A DNA stretch of 64,000 nt, from the NCBI RefSeq assembly GCF_964204645.1, contig NW_027437445.1:1-64000 (forward strand), written 5' to 3'. The DNA comes from Tubulanus polymorphus. Its lineage: Eukaryota; Animalia; Nemertea. Positions 13,248-26,521 of this stretch are shown piece by piece (the stretch's first letter is position 1; every line of letters starts with the position of its first letter). The notes below the pieces were generated by a model that had not been told where the DNA came from, made no database searches, and saw nothing but the letters and a program-made list of their open reading frames with translations. The position numbers and the translations under genes were made by a program.

Positions 13248-13300
13248 TTAAATAAATTCATATTTAAATGGGTGTTGTAATCGAAATAGTAATTTTGATC
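13248..13300 (-). pseudogene. C-terminal tail of Polinton B ATPase (...SKLLFRLQHPFKYEFI*)
   Basis: Matches the end of 63650-63913 and continues the ORF broken at 39473. Confidence 0.9.
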
Positions 13301-13878
13301 CGGTTCCTGAACTTCGCTGAAAAAGCTGAAACGCTGAAATAAAAACGCTGAAATTTCAGGGAATTTCCGAAAAACGCCCAAATTTCAGGGAATTCCCGAA
13401 AAACGCTGAAATCGTGCTAGGTACCGACAATACACGTTTTGAAATGTTTTCCGGGCCGGTGTCCGCTGACGAGTCCTGAACCGTGTTTTATGCTCTACCT
13501 TCGGTAACAGAGACATGTCTTATGGTCGTCGTCATGATCGGGTCGAGGATATTTCAGATAGAGTGAGACCACCTTCTGCATAATGAGCATTTCCGATGAC
13601 GTCACGTAATACGTAATCGAACATATGTATTTGTAAACAAAAGCACGTGCTTCCCCGACCAAAGCACGTGCTGCATAGCCAAATAGAATAAAACAGAATT
13701 AAGTTCTATTCCACTTACCTAATCGCCGAGATAATTGCAAAACGAGCCGGACACCTATGGCCACACAAAGAAATACCGTAGTCACGATTGGTAGAACACT
13801 ATATCCGTGTTGACGCGATGAGGAGAGAATCCCACGATGATAATAAAAAGTCCGAAAATGAAACTTCGAGATAGTAGT

Positions 13879-13926
13879 TTATTTCAACGTTTCGACTATA
13901 TCCTAATAGTCATCTTCAGGAATAAT
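13879..13926 (-). ncRNA. Minimal hammerhead ribozyme in Penelope pLTR
   Basis: Minus strand CTGAAGA-TGACTATTAGGATATAGTC-GAAACGTT: conserved core CUGANGA, stem II, GAAA. Confidence 0.75.
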
Positions 13927-14236
13927 GAGATACTACAGAAATTATGAGATATATATACAATCCAGAGACAAAGAGACTAATTCAAGTAATCAGAGATGAT
14001 ACAAACTAAAGGAAAATTAACGTAGAAACAGTTACACGCTAAAATAGATTAAAGGGAAGCAAACTAAGGTGTGATTATAAACAACAATAGTGAGTATAAT
14101 TATAAATGAAACTTAAAGTCAGTAGTAAAAAGAAAGACAAACAAGGGGGCACTTAAGTTAAAACAAAGGTGAATACAAGTTAAGTCAGAGACGAAATTGA
14201 TAAGAGAACAAATAACAAATAATCAAAGGGGAAGTC

Positions 14237-15310
14237 AAGTGTTGAGTTTAACCAGTTTACAGAGGAATTTTGATATAAGTTTATTATGGGTTGAAAAACC
14301 ATTGTTAAGGTTTACAACGTTGTTCGAATTTTCAATAATTAATGCAGATTCCAAAATATGTCTTCTAGTTTTATCGCTGCAAGGGTAAATTAATTCAGCA
14401 TTAGCAAAATCAAAATTGTGTGAAGTATGAAAAACATGACTAGCAACTCCGCTTTCAGGTTTAAAGTTTTTTACATCTTATTTATGCTCTTTTATGCGTT
14501 GATTAAGATTCCGACCTGTTTCTCCTATATATACTTTGTCGCAAACTTTACAAGGTATTTTATAAATTCCACAGTTTAGGGATTCGGTTTTCGGTTTGTT
14601 ATTAATCAATATGTTACTAAGTTTATTATTGTATTTAAAGATAAGTTGTTTATTTAGTGACCGAAGAGAAACTTTAGAATTCTCGAGGAAAGGTACATAC
14701 GGTACGATGATAGGCTGTTTATCGGTAGCCAACGTAGGAGTTCTAAGGTTGTTATTTCTAAAATGCGTAGTACGAGCTTTAAGTAGAGCTTTTTTCAATA
14801 GGAAATCGGGGTAGGCAAGTTTTTTGAGAGATTGGTTAATATGGTGAATTTCATCGGTTAGAAATGAGGGGTGGCAAATTCTCAAAGCGCGAAGAAATAA
14901 ACCTTGAGCTAAACCGAGTTTAATATCCGGAGAAGTAAAAGAGAAGTAATGGAGGTAGGATTCAGCGTTGGTAGGTTTCCTATAAACCGCGAATTTCAAA
15001 AAGGATCCACAGTTAAAAATCAAAACATCCAGAAAAGGTATTTTACTATTAGATTCCCATTCATACGTAAAAGCCAGAGACGGGTAAAGGGAGTTTAAAT
15101 ATATAAGAAAGTTATCAACATTGAAGTCAAAGGGAACCAAAGCCAGAACATCGTCAACATATCTGAGCCAGATTTTAGGGTGAATATCAGTGTAAAGAGG
15201 CAATATTTCAGATTCAACATGTTCTAGGAATAAATTAGCTAGAATAGGACTAAGAGGATTTCCCATAGCGATACCGAATGTCTGTTCGTAAAAACAATTG
15301 TTGAATTCAA
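14237..15310 (-). pseudogene. Penelope RT/GIY-YIG endonuclease, 5'-truncated, one nonsense codon
   Basis: GIAMGNPLSP, WLRYVDD, PFLDV, VYRKPT, GIYKIPC..C...YIGETGR; stop at 14478, frame continues to ~14237. Confidence 0.92.
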
Positions 15311-15407
15311 ATAAACTACTATCTCGAAGTTTCATTTTCGGACTTTTTATTATCATTGTGGGATTCTCTCCTCATCGCGTCAACACGGATATAATGTTCT
15401 ACCAATC

Positions 15408-15992
15408 GTGATCACGCTACCCACGGATCGAAATATCGTATTAAAATTCTTCTTCTTCACGTTCCCGTACCTCGTCGCTAGCTTCCGAAATTATGAGAAA
15501 TGCTATATCAAATCCAGGACTGCCAAAAGTAAAGTCAAGTTCCTTCAGGAGTGTTATGCCGAAAAAGTGGTTCCGCGATCACTTTCTTGGATTTGGAAAT
15601 ACGACTCCAGCTCTGCGTTTCTCAGCAATAATAAACTTAGTAACATATTGATTAATAACAAACCGAAAACCGAATCCCTAAACTGTGGAATTTATAAAAT
15701 AGGAGAAACAGGTCGGAATCTTAATCAACGCATAAAAGAGCATAAATTAGATGTAAAAAACTTTAAACCTGAAAGCGGAGTTGCTAGTCATGTTTTTCAG
15801 ACTTCACACAATTTTGATTTTGCTAATGCTGAATTAATTTACCCTTGCAGCGATAAAACTAGAAGACATATTTTGGAATCTGCATTAATTATTGAAAATT
15901 CGAACAACGTTGTAAACCTTAACAATGGTTTTTCACCCCATAATAAACTTATATCAAAATTCCTCTGTAAACTGGTTAAACTCAACACTTGA
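15408..15992 (+). pseudogene. Penelope ORF N-terminus fused by deletion to the GIY-YIG domain
   Basis: From ~15626 the sequence matches the minus copy but lacks IPCKVCDKVY; RT is absent. Confidence 0.85.
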
Positions 15993-15994
15993 TT

Positions 15995-16238
15995 TGTGGC
16001 GTTGCGAGTCACAAAGAATACCAGGTTCGGAGATAAAAGAAGAGAAAGACTAAAAACACGACGCGTTCAGTCTACAGATCATAAGATACTCGTTTATTTC
16101 GGTCACACACAGGCTAACCACCTGTCCCGACTGCACATGCGCATGCTAATATATATATGATGATTCGCTACATAGGCTAAGGGGGAGTGAACACTTTATG
16201 GTTACTGACATATTTACATAAACATCCTGTTCTCGACA
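15995..16238 (-). repeat. 3' LTR of BEL element
   Basis: Differs from 28458-28699 by about 4 substitutions and one 2-bp indel. Confidence 0.95.
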
Positions 16239-16410
16239 TTTCTCCGGGGCGACAAAGGTAAACAAATAAAGAGTAAGAACGGAGAGATATATGAATAATT
16301 CTTAAAATGGATTAGGTAAATAAAGCTTATGGAAATCAATAAACAACTAAACGTTAATTCAAAATACGATTAAATAGTAAATTCAGGCATTGATAGTAAC
16401 TATTATGCAG

Positions 16411-18528
16411 CTATTTCAAACATTCGACGATTTTCGCACGAGCCTTTCGCGCTGCGTTTCGCACGGGTCGCGGATCGGAGGCTATAACGGAGCCAGGCTC
16501 TTTAAAGTTCATATCGGTGTTAATTTCAAGCGGGAACAGTTTATTTATAGGTCGGCTAGTATTTGTAGTGCCCATTCTAATTTCTGCAGAACGAACTGCG
16601 CCGTCGTTCCCGTAGTTCAGTTTCGTTACGATCGCAAGCTTCCAGTTAATTCTACGTTTTTGGTCGTCGTGTACGAGTACAACGTCTCCTGATCGAATCT
16701 CGCTTGTTCTGCCATTATTTCGCATGGACAGATGTCGTTCACGTAGCGCAATAACGTATTCGTTGGTCCAACGAGACCGAAAATGTTCGAAGAGTTCCAT
16801 CACTCTTTGTGCGCGTTTCTGGAGGTTTTGTGTGTTTATCGAAACACCATACTCCGGATCACTGATAGCATCGGTATCAGATTGGTGCGGTAGATTCGAC
16901 ATAACTCGTCCGTGAAGGAGGTGCGATGGTGTTAGCGGTTCTGGGTCAGTTAGGTCATCGGACAAATACGTAAGCGGGCGGTTGTTGATCACCATTTCGA
17001 TTTCCGCGACGAGCGTAATAAGTTCAGACATCGATATGTATGCGCGGACTAAAACACGTTTCAGAACTTGTTTCGTAAGTCCAACTAAACGTTCCCAAAA
17101 GCCACCATGCCATGGGGCGGCCTTTGGTATAAATACCCATTCAACATTTTTCTCGAGCATGTATTTTCGAACCGAATGAATATCGAGAAGCTTCTTTATT
17201 CCTCCCGCCGCGGCCACGAATGCCGATCCGTTATCACTTATCAACTTTTGAGGTAAGGATCGACGTGCGGCGAAACGTCGGAAGGCGAGAAGAAATGTGG
17301 CACACGACATAACAGAAACAACCTCGAGATGAACGGCACGTGTGTTCGCACATGTAAACAAGGCTATATACGCTTTCGCTTCTCTGTTGTTATCTCTCAC
17401 GAACAAATGTCCGGTGAAATCCACTCCCGTTACGGTAAAGGGAGGGGCATCTGTCAGCCTGCTCTTCTGCAACGGTGCAGGGTCCGGTAGTGGGTATGGC
17501 TGACCACTAATGATTTTGCAATTGTAACATTTTCGCAACAGAGATTTAACGACTTTCCTGATACTTTGAATCCAATAAGTTTGTCGAATACGGTTAATCG
17601 TTGATTCTGTACCCAAATGAAGTGCTCTCGCGTGAGCATCAATCACAGTTAACTCGGTAAATCGCCCTTTCGGGGGTAGTAATATTGGGAATTTCGCGCC
17701 ATAATCAATCGGGGCGTTATGGAGTCTCCCTCCAACTCTCAACAAGCTATCATCGCCAATAAACAACCGTAGCTATTTTGTCAGGGGCGCTCGCGATTTT
17801 GCATGATTACCCTGCAGCACGAAAATTTCATTCGAATAATTAGCATTTTGCACAGCTTTAACCCACGCCGTTCTAGCTCGGGCTATATCATTCGGCGTCA
17901 GATCCGCGGCGGACCGATCTGTCTGGCGTTGAAGTTTCGCGACAAACAAGAAAACGTAAGCGGTGACACGTAATAATGTTCCCAACTCTATGAATCGTTC
18001 AATGTCGATTATTTCTACCAAACCAATCCGTTCGTCCTCCGCGTCTTCAACCTGCCCGGGTTGAGGATCGTTGATGTGGAGGATATTAACTGTGCTAGTG
18101 TCAGCGTATAATTTATCCACGGGCCAGTCACCATGTTTCAGCCATTCGGGGCCAAACCACCACAAATTAGAATGCCGTAGTTTCTCGGAGTCGATTCCAC
18201 GCGATAGTATGTCTGCCGGATTATCAGACGTCGGGCAGTAACGGTACTCGTCAATTTTGATAGATTTAATCTGTTTCACGCGGTTGCTGACGAATACTGG
18301 TAATTTTCGATCGGAGTTCAACCAACAAAGCACAATCTGACTATCGCTCCAAAGCACTTTTTTGGTTATAGCGATTTCGGAACCGAGCGATTCAGTTACA
18401 TAATCGATAAGCTTCGAACCGGTCAAAGCAGCAAGTAATTCCAGTCGTGGAATAGTTAATTCCTTCACTGGTGCGACACGTGTCTTAGACATAACAAACG
18501 ATGTATCATGCTGGTTTCGTAAATAAAT
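16411..18528 (-). pseudogene. BEL RNase H (distal part) and integrase
   Basis: TIPRLEL, WSDSQIVL, NPADILSRG; HHCC, GVDFTG, ISDNGSAF, WHGGFWERLV; stop at 17773. Confidence 0.93.
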
Positions 18529-18781
18529 TGAATTGAATTGAATTGAATTTATTTGCAAAATAAATTGTTACAAAAAATATCGACACAATATACATTATAT
18601 TCAGAGTAACAATATATAGTGCGAGGAGTAAGGAGAAGTCAAAATTTGACTTATACGAGTCCTTACCCCTCGGTCAACAATCACACTCACATGCACTCAT
18701 CACTTACACATACACGCACATTCGTTACAAGAATCACCCTTTACATATATAAACAATTAAATGGCGGCCACGTTGCGGGCA

Positions 18782-21730
18782 TTAATATTTTGCGACCAAA
18801 TAATTGGTTAAGCATTTTTTAAAGAAAGGGCGTGATTTCGAAGATTTGAGTTTTCTGGGAAGGGAGTTCCAGGATCTTGCACCTTGGATTTTTAATGATT
18901 TCATTCTAAAGTTAGATTTCGCATATTCCACTTTTAAATTTAGTGGGCGACGAGAAGGTCGCCCTGTCATGGATTTTAGAAAACAGTAAAATTCATTGAA
19001 AATTGATGGTAAGTTTTGATTAATTTGACTAAAGACAAAATTGCACAGCTGAAATTGATATATGTCGTGTAGCTTTAAGATTTCTAATTTCTTGAAAATT
19101 GGAGTTGTATGTGCTAGCCAAAAAGAATGTGTTATTATCCGAATTGCTTTCTTTTGGAGACGAAATAAGGGTTCCAAGTAAATATTACATGAATTACCCC
19201 AGATTAAAGTTGCATATGCAAGATGTGGATTGACAAAACAATAATATAAATTTTTAAGAACACCAAAAGGAAGAACATGTTTAAGCCTATTGATGAATCC
19301 AATTCCCCGGGAAACCTTTCGAGAGATGTATTGAATATGGTCCCGCCATGTCAGTCTCTGGTCAAAAATTACACCTAAGAATTTAGTACTATCTACACGC
19401 GAAACTCTTTGTCCATCGAAAAAAAGATTAATTTGACCTAGACACTTATAACCAAAGACAATAAAATGAGTTTTAATAGCGTTCACAGAGAGCCTATTTG
19501 CTCGAAACCACTGAAGAAGTTTCTCCAGCTGAGAATTTAAAACTTGCTCTAGTTTCTTGGGGTCCTTATCGCTGATGAAAAAATTACTATCATCAGCGAA
19601 AAAAATTGACTCTAGGAGTTTACAAGAAGAGGGGCAATCATTGATATATACAAGAAAAAGCAAAGGACCTAGGATTGAGCCTTGAGGAACTCCGAAAGTT
19701 ATATTTCTAGTTGGAGATAAGGAGTTATTATATTTAACACATTGTTTACGGTCTTCTAGGTAATTTCGAAACCATTGTAGAGGGGGCCCACGAATTCCAT
19801 AATTTTCCAATTTTGAAATTAAAATATTATGATTGATTGTGTCAAAAGCCTTTGACAAATCAACGAAGACACCAATCGTGACTTTGCCATTTTCAAGATA
19901 ATCAGTTATCTTATCCGTAATAAATGCTAAGGCTGAGGCAGTGGATCTATTTTTCCTGAAACCAAATTGACGATCTGATAGAATATTGAAATTTTCAAGG
20001 AATGCCTGGAGTCTATTATAAACGAGTTTCTCTATTATCTTAGATATAGCGGGAAGGACAGAAATAGGTCGATAGTTATTGAACTGCGATTTATCGCCAC
20101 TTTTAAAAATAGGTGTTACGTGAGCGATCTTAAATATGCTAGGAACAATACCCGTAAGAAAGCTATTATTAAAAATATGACAAAGGGGTTGTGAAATAAC
20201 TTGAATTATTGATTTCAATAGTTAAGTGCTGATTTGATCACAACCACTGGATAGTTTATTTTTAAAGCCATGCACAATTAATTCAATTTCATTGGGTGTC
20301 GTCGGTGACAGAAAAAAGTTTATATGATTTCGTTCCTCTAGAAAATCTTTAAAATGTTTATCGGAAGGCGGTATTTTTGATTCTAAGGAGCCGGCAATAT
20401 TAACAAAATAGTCGTTAAAACCACTGGCTATATCATAATCTGTTGAAATTACTTTGTCTTTATATACAAATTGAGAATGGGGTTTATCGCGTTTCTGTTT
20501 ATTGAGTAAGTTATTAACCTGTTTCCATGTTTCTTTAGGATCTGATTTGCAGGAGGCGAATACATTCTTATAATACATTTGCTTACATTTCTTTAAAATC
20601 GAATTGAGCTTATTTCGATAAGTACAATATTTATCCTTACATTCCTGGGTTTTTTTACGTAAATATTTTTTATACAGTTTTTCTTTCTGTTTGATAGAAC
20701 GTCGAATACCACAGGTTAACCACGGTTTATCATTTTTCTCCACGCCAGGAGTTACATACTTAAAAGGGAAACAGATTTCAAAATAATAATCAACAATGTA
20801 ATAGAACTCCTTACATGAGACTTCTGGGTCATTGCTATTATACACATTTTGCCAGTCGCATGATAATAAACAGCGCGTGAAGCGTTCCGTGGTCCGAGGA
20901 TTAATATCTCGGATTTTAATCCGCGGTAGTTTAGTATCATGAGACTCGTACAAACCGTGAACAAAAGTATAAATAGGATAATGGTCAGTTATGTCCGCCA
21001 AAAATACACCGCTAGTAAAACTGTAATTATCAAAAAAGTTTACCAAAATATTGTCAATTACGGTTGACGAGTGGTCAGTGACACGAGTAGGGATATTAAT
21101 TAATGGCATAAATGAATTGGAAATAGCCTCATCCATAAAAGCGTCACACTGACCACTCGCACCGTAATTTCCGAAATCAATGTTATAATCCCCCAAAATT
21201 AAAACATCTAATTTCTCTTTATTTACGCGTTCAGTAAATGACTGAAATTCTTTGATGAAATTAGCTATATCACTATCAGGAGCACGATAAATAACTCCGA
21301 CGATAATGGTTTTCGGTTTAAGAGGGACTTCTATAAACAAAGATTCAGCTAAGGAGAGATCATCTCTGATCTTAAAATTTATAGAATTTTTAATCAAAAG
21401 CGCAACTCCGCCACCTCCTTTATCGTTTCTACTGCGGAATAAACTCGAATAATTCGGCAAATGATACAATGAATCATTTTGACAATTGTCATCAGTCCAT
21501 GTTTCTGACAAACCGACAATTGAAAAATTATAGTTCAAAGTTTGGAGATAATCGGAAAATGAATCAAAATTTTTATTTGCACTTCGTACATTCGCATGAA
21601 AAAAACTGAGAGGTGAATCTTTGCCATCATGATTTAGTAAATTCACATCAAAATCATAGGAACATTTGTATTCACAGTTAAGTATATCGTCATCCATTTT
21701 CACAAAAGTTTGAATGAATATAAAGAACAC
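18782..21730 (-). pseudogene. LINE ORF2 (APE endonuclease + RT), one in-frame stop at 20222
   Basis: LSETW, YRAP, GDYN, TDHYP; NYRPIS, DLSKAFD, GVPQGSILGP, FADD, KFLGV. Confidence 0.95.
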
Positions 21731-22030
21731 AAATATTTAAGTCACGTATTATTTCATTTGGATGTTTACGCATTGGAATTTCAATGAATAAACACCCAAA
21801 TGTAGTAAAAATATAATACTACGCTATAGTTTTTAAATTGTGTACAGGTTTTAGTTAAACCTATAATTGAAGATTGACTACCATAGACATTGAGACAATC
21901 ATAATTATTTTTTATATTTCTCACAGTGTGAGAAGGGAAAGAGAAATTCACCACGTCGAGGAGAAAAACGATCGAAATGATATAAACACAAGTATTGACT
22001 ATGTCCGGTATATTCAAGTCACTCATCCTA

Positions 22031-23383
22031 TTATGCGTTTACGTTTGGTTTTTTTGACGTTTTTTCAGCCGACGGTGGCGTTGATGTTAAAGATCGCTCT
22101 TTGCGTTTGAGTTTATTTCCAGAACCCGGAGTTTGGAAAACATCACGATCTCCAGTGCCGTCAATCGCTTCGCAGAAGTTTTTAATCAGCGCCAGCTTTC
22201 CAGTCTCGTTCAGATGAACACCACTTTTATCTGTTGGCGAGTAAAAACGCTCCTGCGTCTTTCCCGAAGCTGTTTTAAGCAAGGTGTCATTGTCAATGAA
22301 ACAAATGTTTTGTTTTGTACATAGTTTTTCCATATAACTGTTAACCCCTTTTGCAGCGTTATTGAATGCCTTTACGTTGTTGTCGCCTCCTTTTCTTGGT
22401 ATTATACTGGATAAGAAAACATGCGCATTTGGGTAATGTTCTGTAGTCTTAGCTAGAGCTCAAGACAAATTCATTTTAACTGAGTCAGTGTCATTCTTGT
22501 TGTTATTTACATCGTTGGTACCCAAGTGTAAAATTACGTCACCAATTGACGACCTATCCGGAACCGCGGAATCAATTTCAGTCAGAAGTGACGATATTTT
22601 ATCGCTGGTTGCGCCTGGTTGGTAAATAATAACACCTGTTGGGATATCACATTCCCGAAGATTTGAGTCCCCGATTACGACAATTTCGGTTGTAGGTGCT
22701 TCTTCGGGCTTCTTCGCATCATTGGTTTCGGCTCTGCCAGGTTCAATATCACGCTGCTTAACTAGCGGACAATCACGCCTTATATGATCCGGCAATTTAC
22801 ATTCATGGCACAATCGGTTATTAAAACGGTTTGGACAGTCAAACGATTTATGATCACTGTTCATGCCCATAGACATACAGCGCTGGCAGTAACTATCACA
22901 GAACAAGCGCACTGAAAAATCCCCAATTTTCGTGTGGTTGGGCATAACGGTTTTAATGTTATTTAACTGTAAATATCTAGTTCCAGTGAATATAGAAGAT
23001 CCTTTGATGACACCCTTTTTTATAGAACCGCTAACATAGTCTCCGAACTGAGATATAAAAGCTACGATTGTTCTGTCATCCATTTCGATAGGAGCGTCTA
23101 CGACTTTAATGTTAATCACATTCACATCAACGTCCGTAAATCTAACGTTAGTTTTCAGCACCTGGAAGGTCTCGTCGGACAGTGTAGATTTCGTATCATT
23201 ATCTGTAGCAGTCACTATACAATAAGAGTTAGTAAGTTGAACTGAAAGAATCTTACTCACGTCGACTTTCGACTTGAGACCATCTACAACATCCAAATGA
23301 GACAATTTTCCTTTACCAAACTGTCTCAAATCAAATTTAACTGAATTCTCCCTGGTAATACTTGATTTTTGTTGACTTTCCAT
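22031..23383 (-). pseudogene. LINE ORF1 (RRM-like + CCHC knuckle + SGNH esterase), one in-frame stop at 22460
   Basis: CHECKLPDHIRRDC; VVIGDSNLR, LHLGTND, SGVHLN; ORFs 22460 and 22031 are in the same frame. Confidence 0.85.
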
Positions 23384-23472
23384 GGTAATATCTCCTCTGA
23401 TCCGCTAATAATCAACAATATTTGTGGAGCTCCAAATTAACGTGGCTACTAGTAATCCGCCATTTTCTCTTC

Positions 23473-24764
23473 AGCAGCTCCAAATGCTGCTTTGCTACTA
23501 TCAGCAAACACGTGTATTTCATAATTCTGGGTTTGCGGTTGACTTAAGTATTTCCTTGATAACACAATTTATGACGCACGTGACAAATCATTCCGAATCG
23601 AGAACCATTTTTCTCGCATTGATTCGTCCTGTACTGGGTCGCCCCAGCCTAGATTAAGTTTCCAGAGTTCCTGGATGTACATCTTAGCCCTGACCTGTAC
23701 GGGAGCCAGAAAACCAAGCGGATCATATAACTTCGACGCCGCACTAACTACCTCACGTTTTGTCACCAGATCGGACGTTTCGTCATCTACCTTGATGCTA
23801 AGGGTGTCGTTATGAGTGTCCCATCGGATCCCGAGGACGTTCGCGATGGGTTTCGACTCGGCTACTCCATACGAGCTCGCCAAGTTACGCAGTCTCTGGC
23901 AATTAGTTGCCCACGCTCTGAGGGCCAAGCCTGCAGAATTCATTATTTCGTTTGATTGTGCATAAAAGTTTATCGCTTTGTCCTCAGGTGTTACTCCAGT
24001 GACGATATTATCCACGTATATGTTTTCGGCCAATTTCCCCGCGGTTTCGCAATCGTAATTGGCTAAGTGGGATTTGACAGTGGCATTAAGGACAAACGGG
24101 CTCGAGACCGCTCCGAACAGGATACTTTTAAACTGAAGTACTTTGAAATCGCTTTCCGGATCATTCGGGTCGGTTAACCACAAGAATTTGGTATACTTCC
24201 GATCGTGTTCGTGGAGTCTTATTTGTAAAAATGCCTTTTCGATATCGGTGGATATTCCCGTAGAGTACAATCGAAATCGCAACAATATAGATACCAAATC
24301 GTTAAGGAGCGGGGGTCCAGTTTCCAAGCAATCATTCAACGACGGTTCGCTTCCGACTCTACAACTGCAGTCGAAAACGATTCTGAGAGGCGTGGTAGTA
24401 GAGTCCTTTTTTACTCCTCGGTGGGGTAAATAGTGTCCGATACTAAAGGTGTCATGTGTTACATCCTCTATGAAATCACGCGACAGTTGTTCTTCAATTA
24501 TTGTATCGTATACGGTTCTCATTTCTGCGGATAAACTGCGAGTCCGTGCTTCGGCCACGTGTCTGTTGTCCGGCAAGGGGCCGTGGCTTTCTTTCCAAGG
24601 TAGTTTCGCAGTATAGCGTCCATCGCTGTCAACAGTTAGATGGGTTTTAATATAGTCCGAATAAGCAAGTCCACGGTTTTTTATCAAAGAAGCGTCATCT
24701 TTGATGCCGATCGTTTCTAAGTCCCAAAACGATTGTAATGAGACTTCCTCTCCGCGGTGCGAAT
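23473..24764 (-). pseudogene. BEL reverse transcriptase and start of RNase H
   Basis: HYLPHRGV, LRIVFDCS, DIEKAFLQI, FGAVSSPF, YVDN, YDPLGF, then IHVFADSS after a stop at 23569. Confidence 0.93.
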
Positions 24765-26521
24765 AAACCATTTTACAGTTGCTAGCCGCCATTTTGTTAG
24801 GGTACTTTTGTCCCGTATTGTTGGGTCATTTTTTTCTCTTTTTTAAAAACTATCCGTGATGTGTATTGTATCATATTTCATCTGTCGATGGATGGATTTT
24901 GACAACTTCAGCAACATTCAAACCGCGTGAATCTCTAGTTTTCAGTTATGTAAAAATCATTTCTCAAATTTACAACAATGCGACATGAGAACGATATAAA
25001 AATCGGTGGTCAGTTTTTGCCGTGCGCATAGAAATCCAGGGTACTGAACTTTGAAGTTCGTTATTTTCAGAAATAATTTTCTAAAAAATCCAAACATTTC
25101 AAGCACTGTGCGCATAAACACCCCCTTTTAGGTGAACTTTGAAATTTTAAGATATCTTGCCTAGTTTTTTTCCTATGGCACTTTAACTGCAGCGCGTGTA
25201 TTGTCATTCCGAGATTCGGCGCTGTTTTCTTTGCGTGTATTTCAGTATATGGGTGTTATTTCTTCATTTTCACTACACTTGTCTCTACGGAAAATGGTTT
25301 TAATTGTTGGTACGAGTATCAGGTTTAAATATCACGTCGTTTATGCAATATAATAGATCGAAGACATTAGAGATGTTGGGGTTTAAGGGATTTTTCTGAC
25401 CAGTTTTAGCAGCGAGACTGAGCGGCATTTTGATCACGCATTCGAAGTTGCGCGCGGGAGAATATATGGGCCTATATTGAGATGGAAGAAGAAAAGAAAT
25501 ATAACACTCAAAATCGAGTATGATGACCATTTAAATCAGTAGTCTATCAATAAATTTACATAAAAATCTACTGAAATTAGATGGATGGAGAAGTGGTCAA
25601 AAAGCTGGACAAATGGGGTGGGGCAAATATTCAGCTACTTTCTATGAATACTTTCTATTAAGTACACTCAAGATTGATTAGATTGGGAAGAAAATGTAGG
25701 AAAACGTTTTCTTGTTTTGGTGGTGAAATATCAAGTATCAAGTTCGAATGTCAGACGCAGGTGATAAAAAGTAAAAAGTGACATCTACCATCACAAAAAC
25801 GCAAGAAGTGTGTGGATTGCATTTACAACAAAAGAGTGATATTTTGGGTTTTCTTGGGTGCATGTACGTAAGCCTCTGCCTGCTGTAAAAGCGGCTACCA
25901 TTACAGCCATTACGAACTAGCGCCGGAGAACGGAATACAGTATTAATGCCGTAATATTTAAACCTGATACTCGTACCAACAATTAAAACCATTTTCCGTA
26001 GAGACAAGTGTAGTGAAAATGAAGAAATAACACCCATATACTGAAATACACGCAAAGAAAACAGCGCCGAATCTCGGAATGACAATACACGCGCTGCAGT
26101 TAAAGTGCCATAGGAAAAAAACTAGGCAAGATATCTTAAAATTTCAAAGTTCACCTAAAAGGGGGTGTTTATGCGCACAGTGCTTGAAATGTTTGGATTT
26201 TTTAGAAAATTATTTCTGAAAATAACGAACTTCAAAGTTCAGTACCCTGGATTTCTATGCGCACGGCAAAAACTGACCACCGATTTTTATATCGCTCTAA
26301 TGTCGCATTGTTGTAAATTTGAGAAATGATTTTTACATAACTGAAAACTAGAGATTCACGCGGTTTGAATGTTGCTGAAGTTGTCAAAATCCATCCATCG
26401 ACAGATGAAATATGATACAATACACATCACGGATAGTTTTTAAAAAAGAGAAAAAAATTACCCAACAATACGGGACAAAAGTACCCTAACAAAATGGCGG
26501 CTAGCAACTGTAAAATGGTTT
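24765..26521. mobile_element. Non-autonomous foldback DNA transposon with ~570-bp TIRs (ISL2EU/PHIS-like)
   Basis: 24765-25332 is inverted at 25954-26521; AT on both sides; excision restores the BEL frame ...MDLN|SHRGEE. Confidence 0.85.

Larger units (their letters stand above)
18529..23472 (-). mobile_element. Full-length CR1/L2-group LINE inserted in BEL RNase H
   Basis: ORF1 and ORF2, AATAAA plus (ATTCA)n 3' tail; removing it restores BEL ...FADSSKAAFGAA|IYLRNQ; no TSD seen. Confidence 0.9.
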
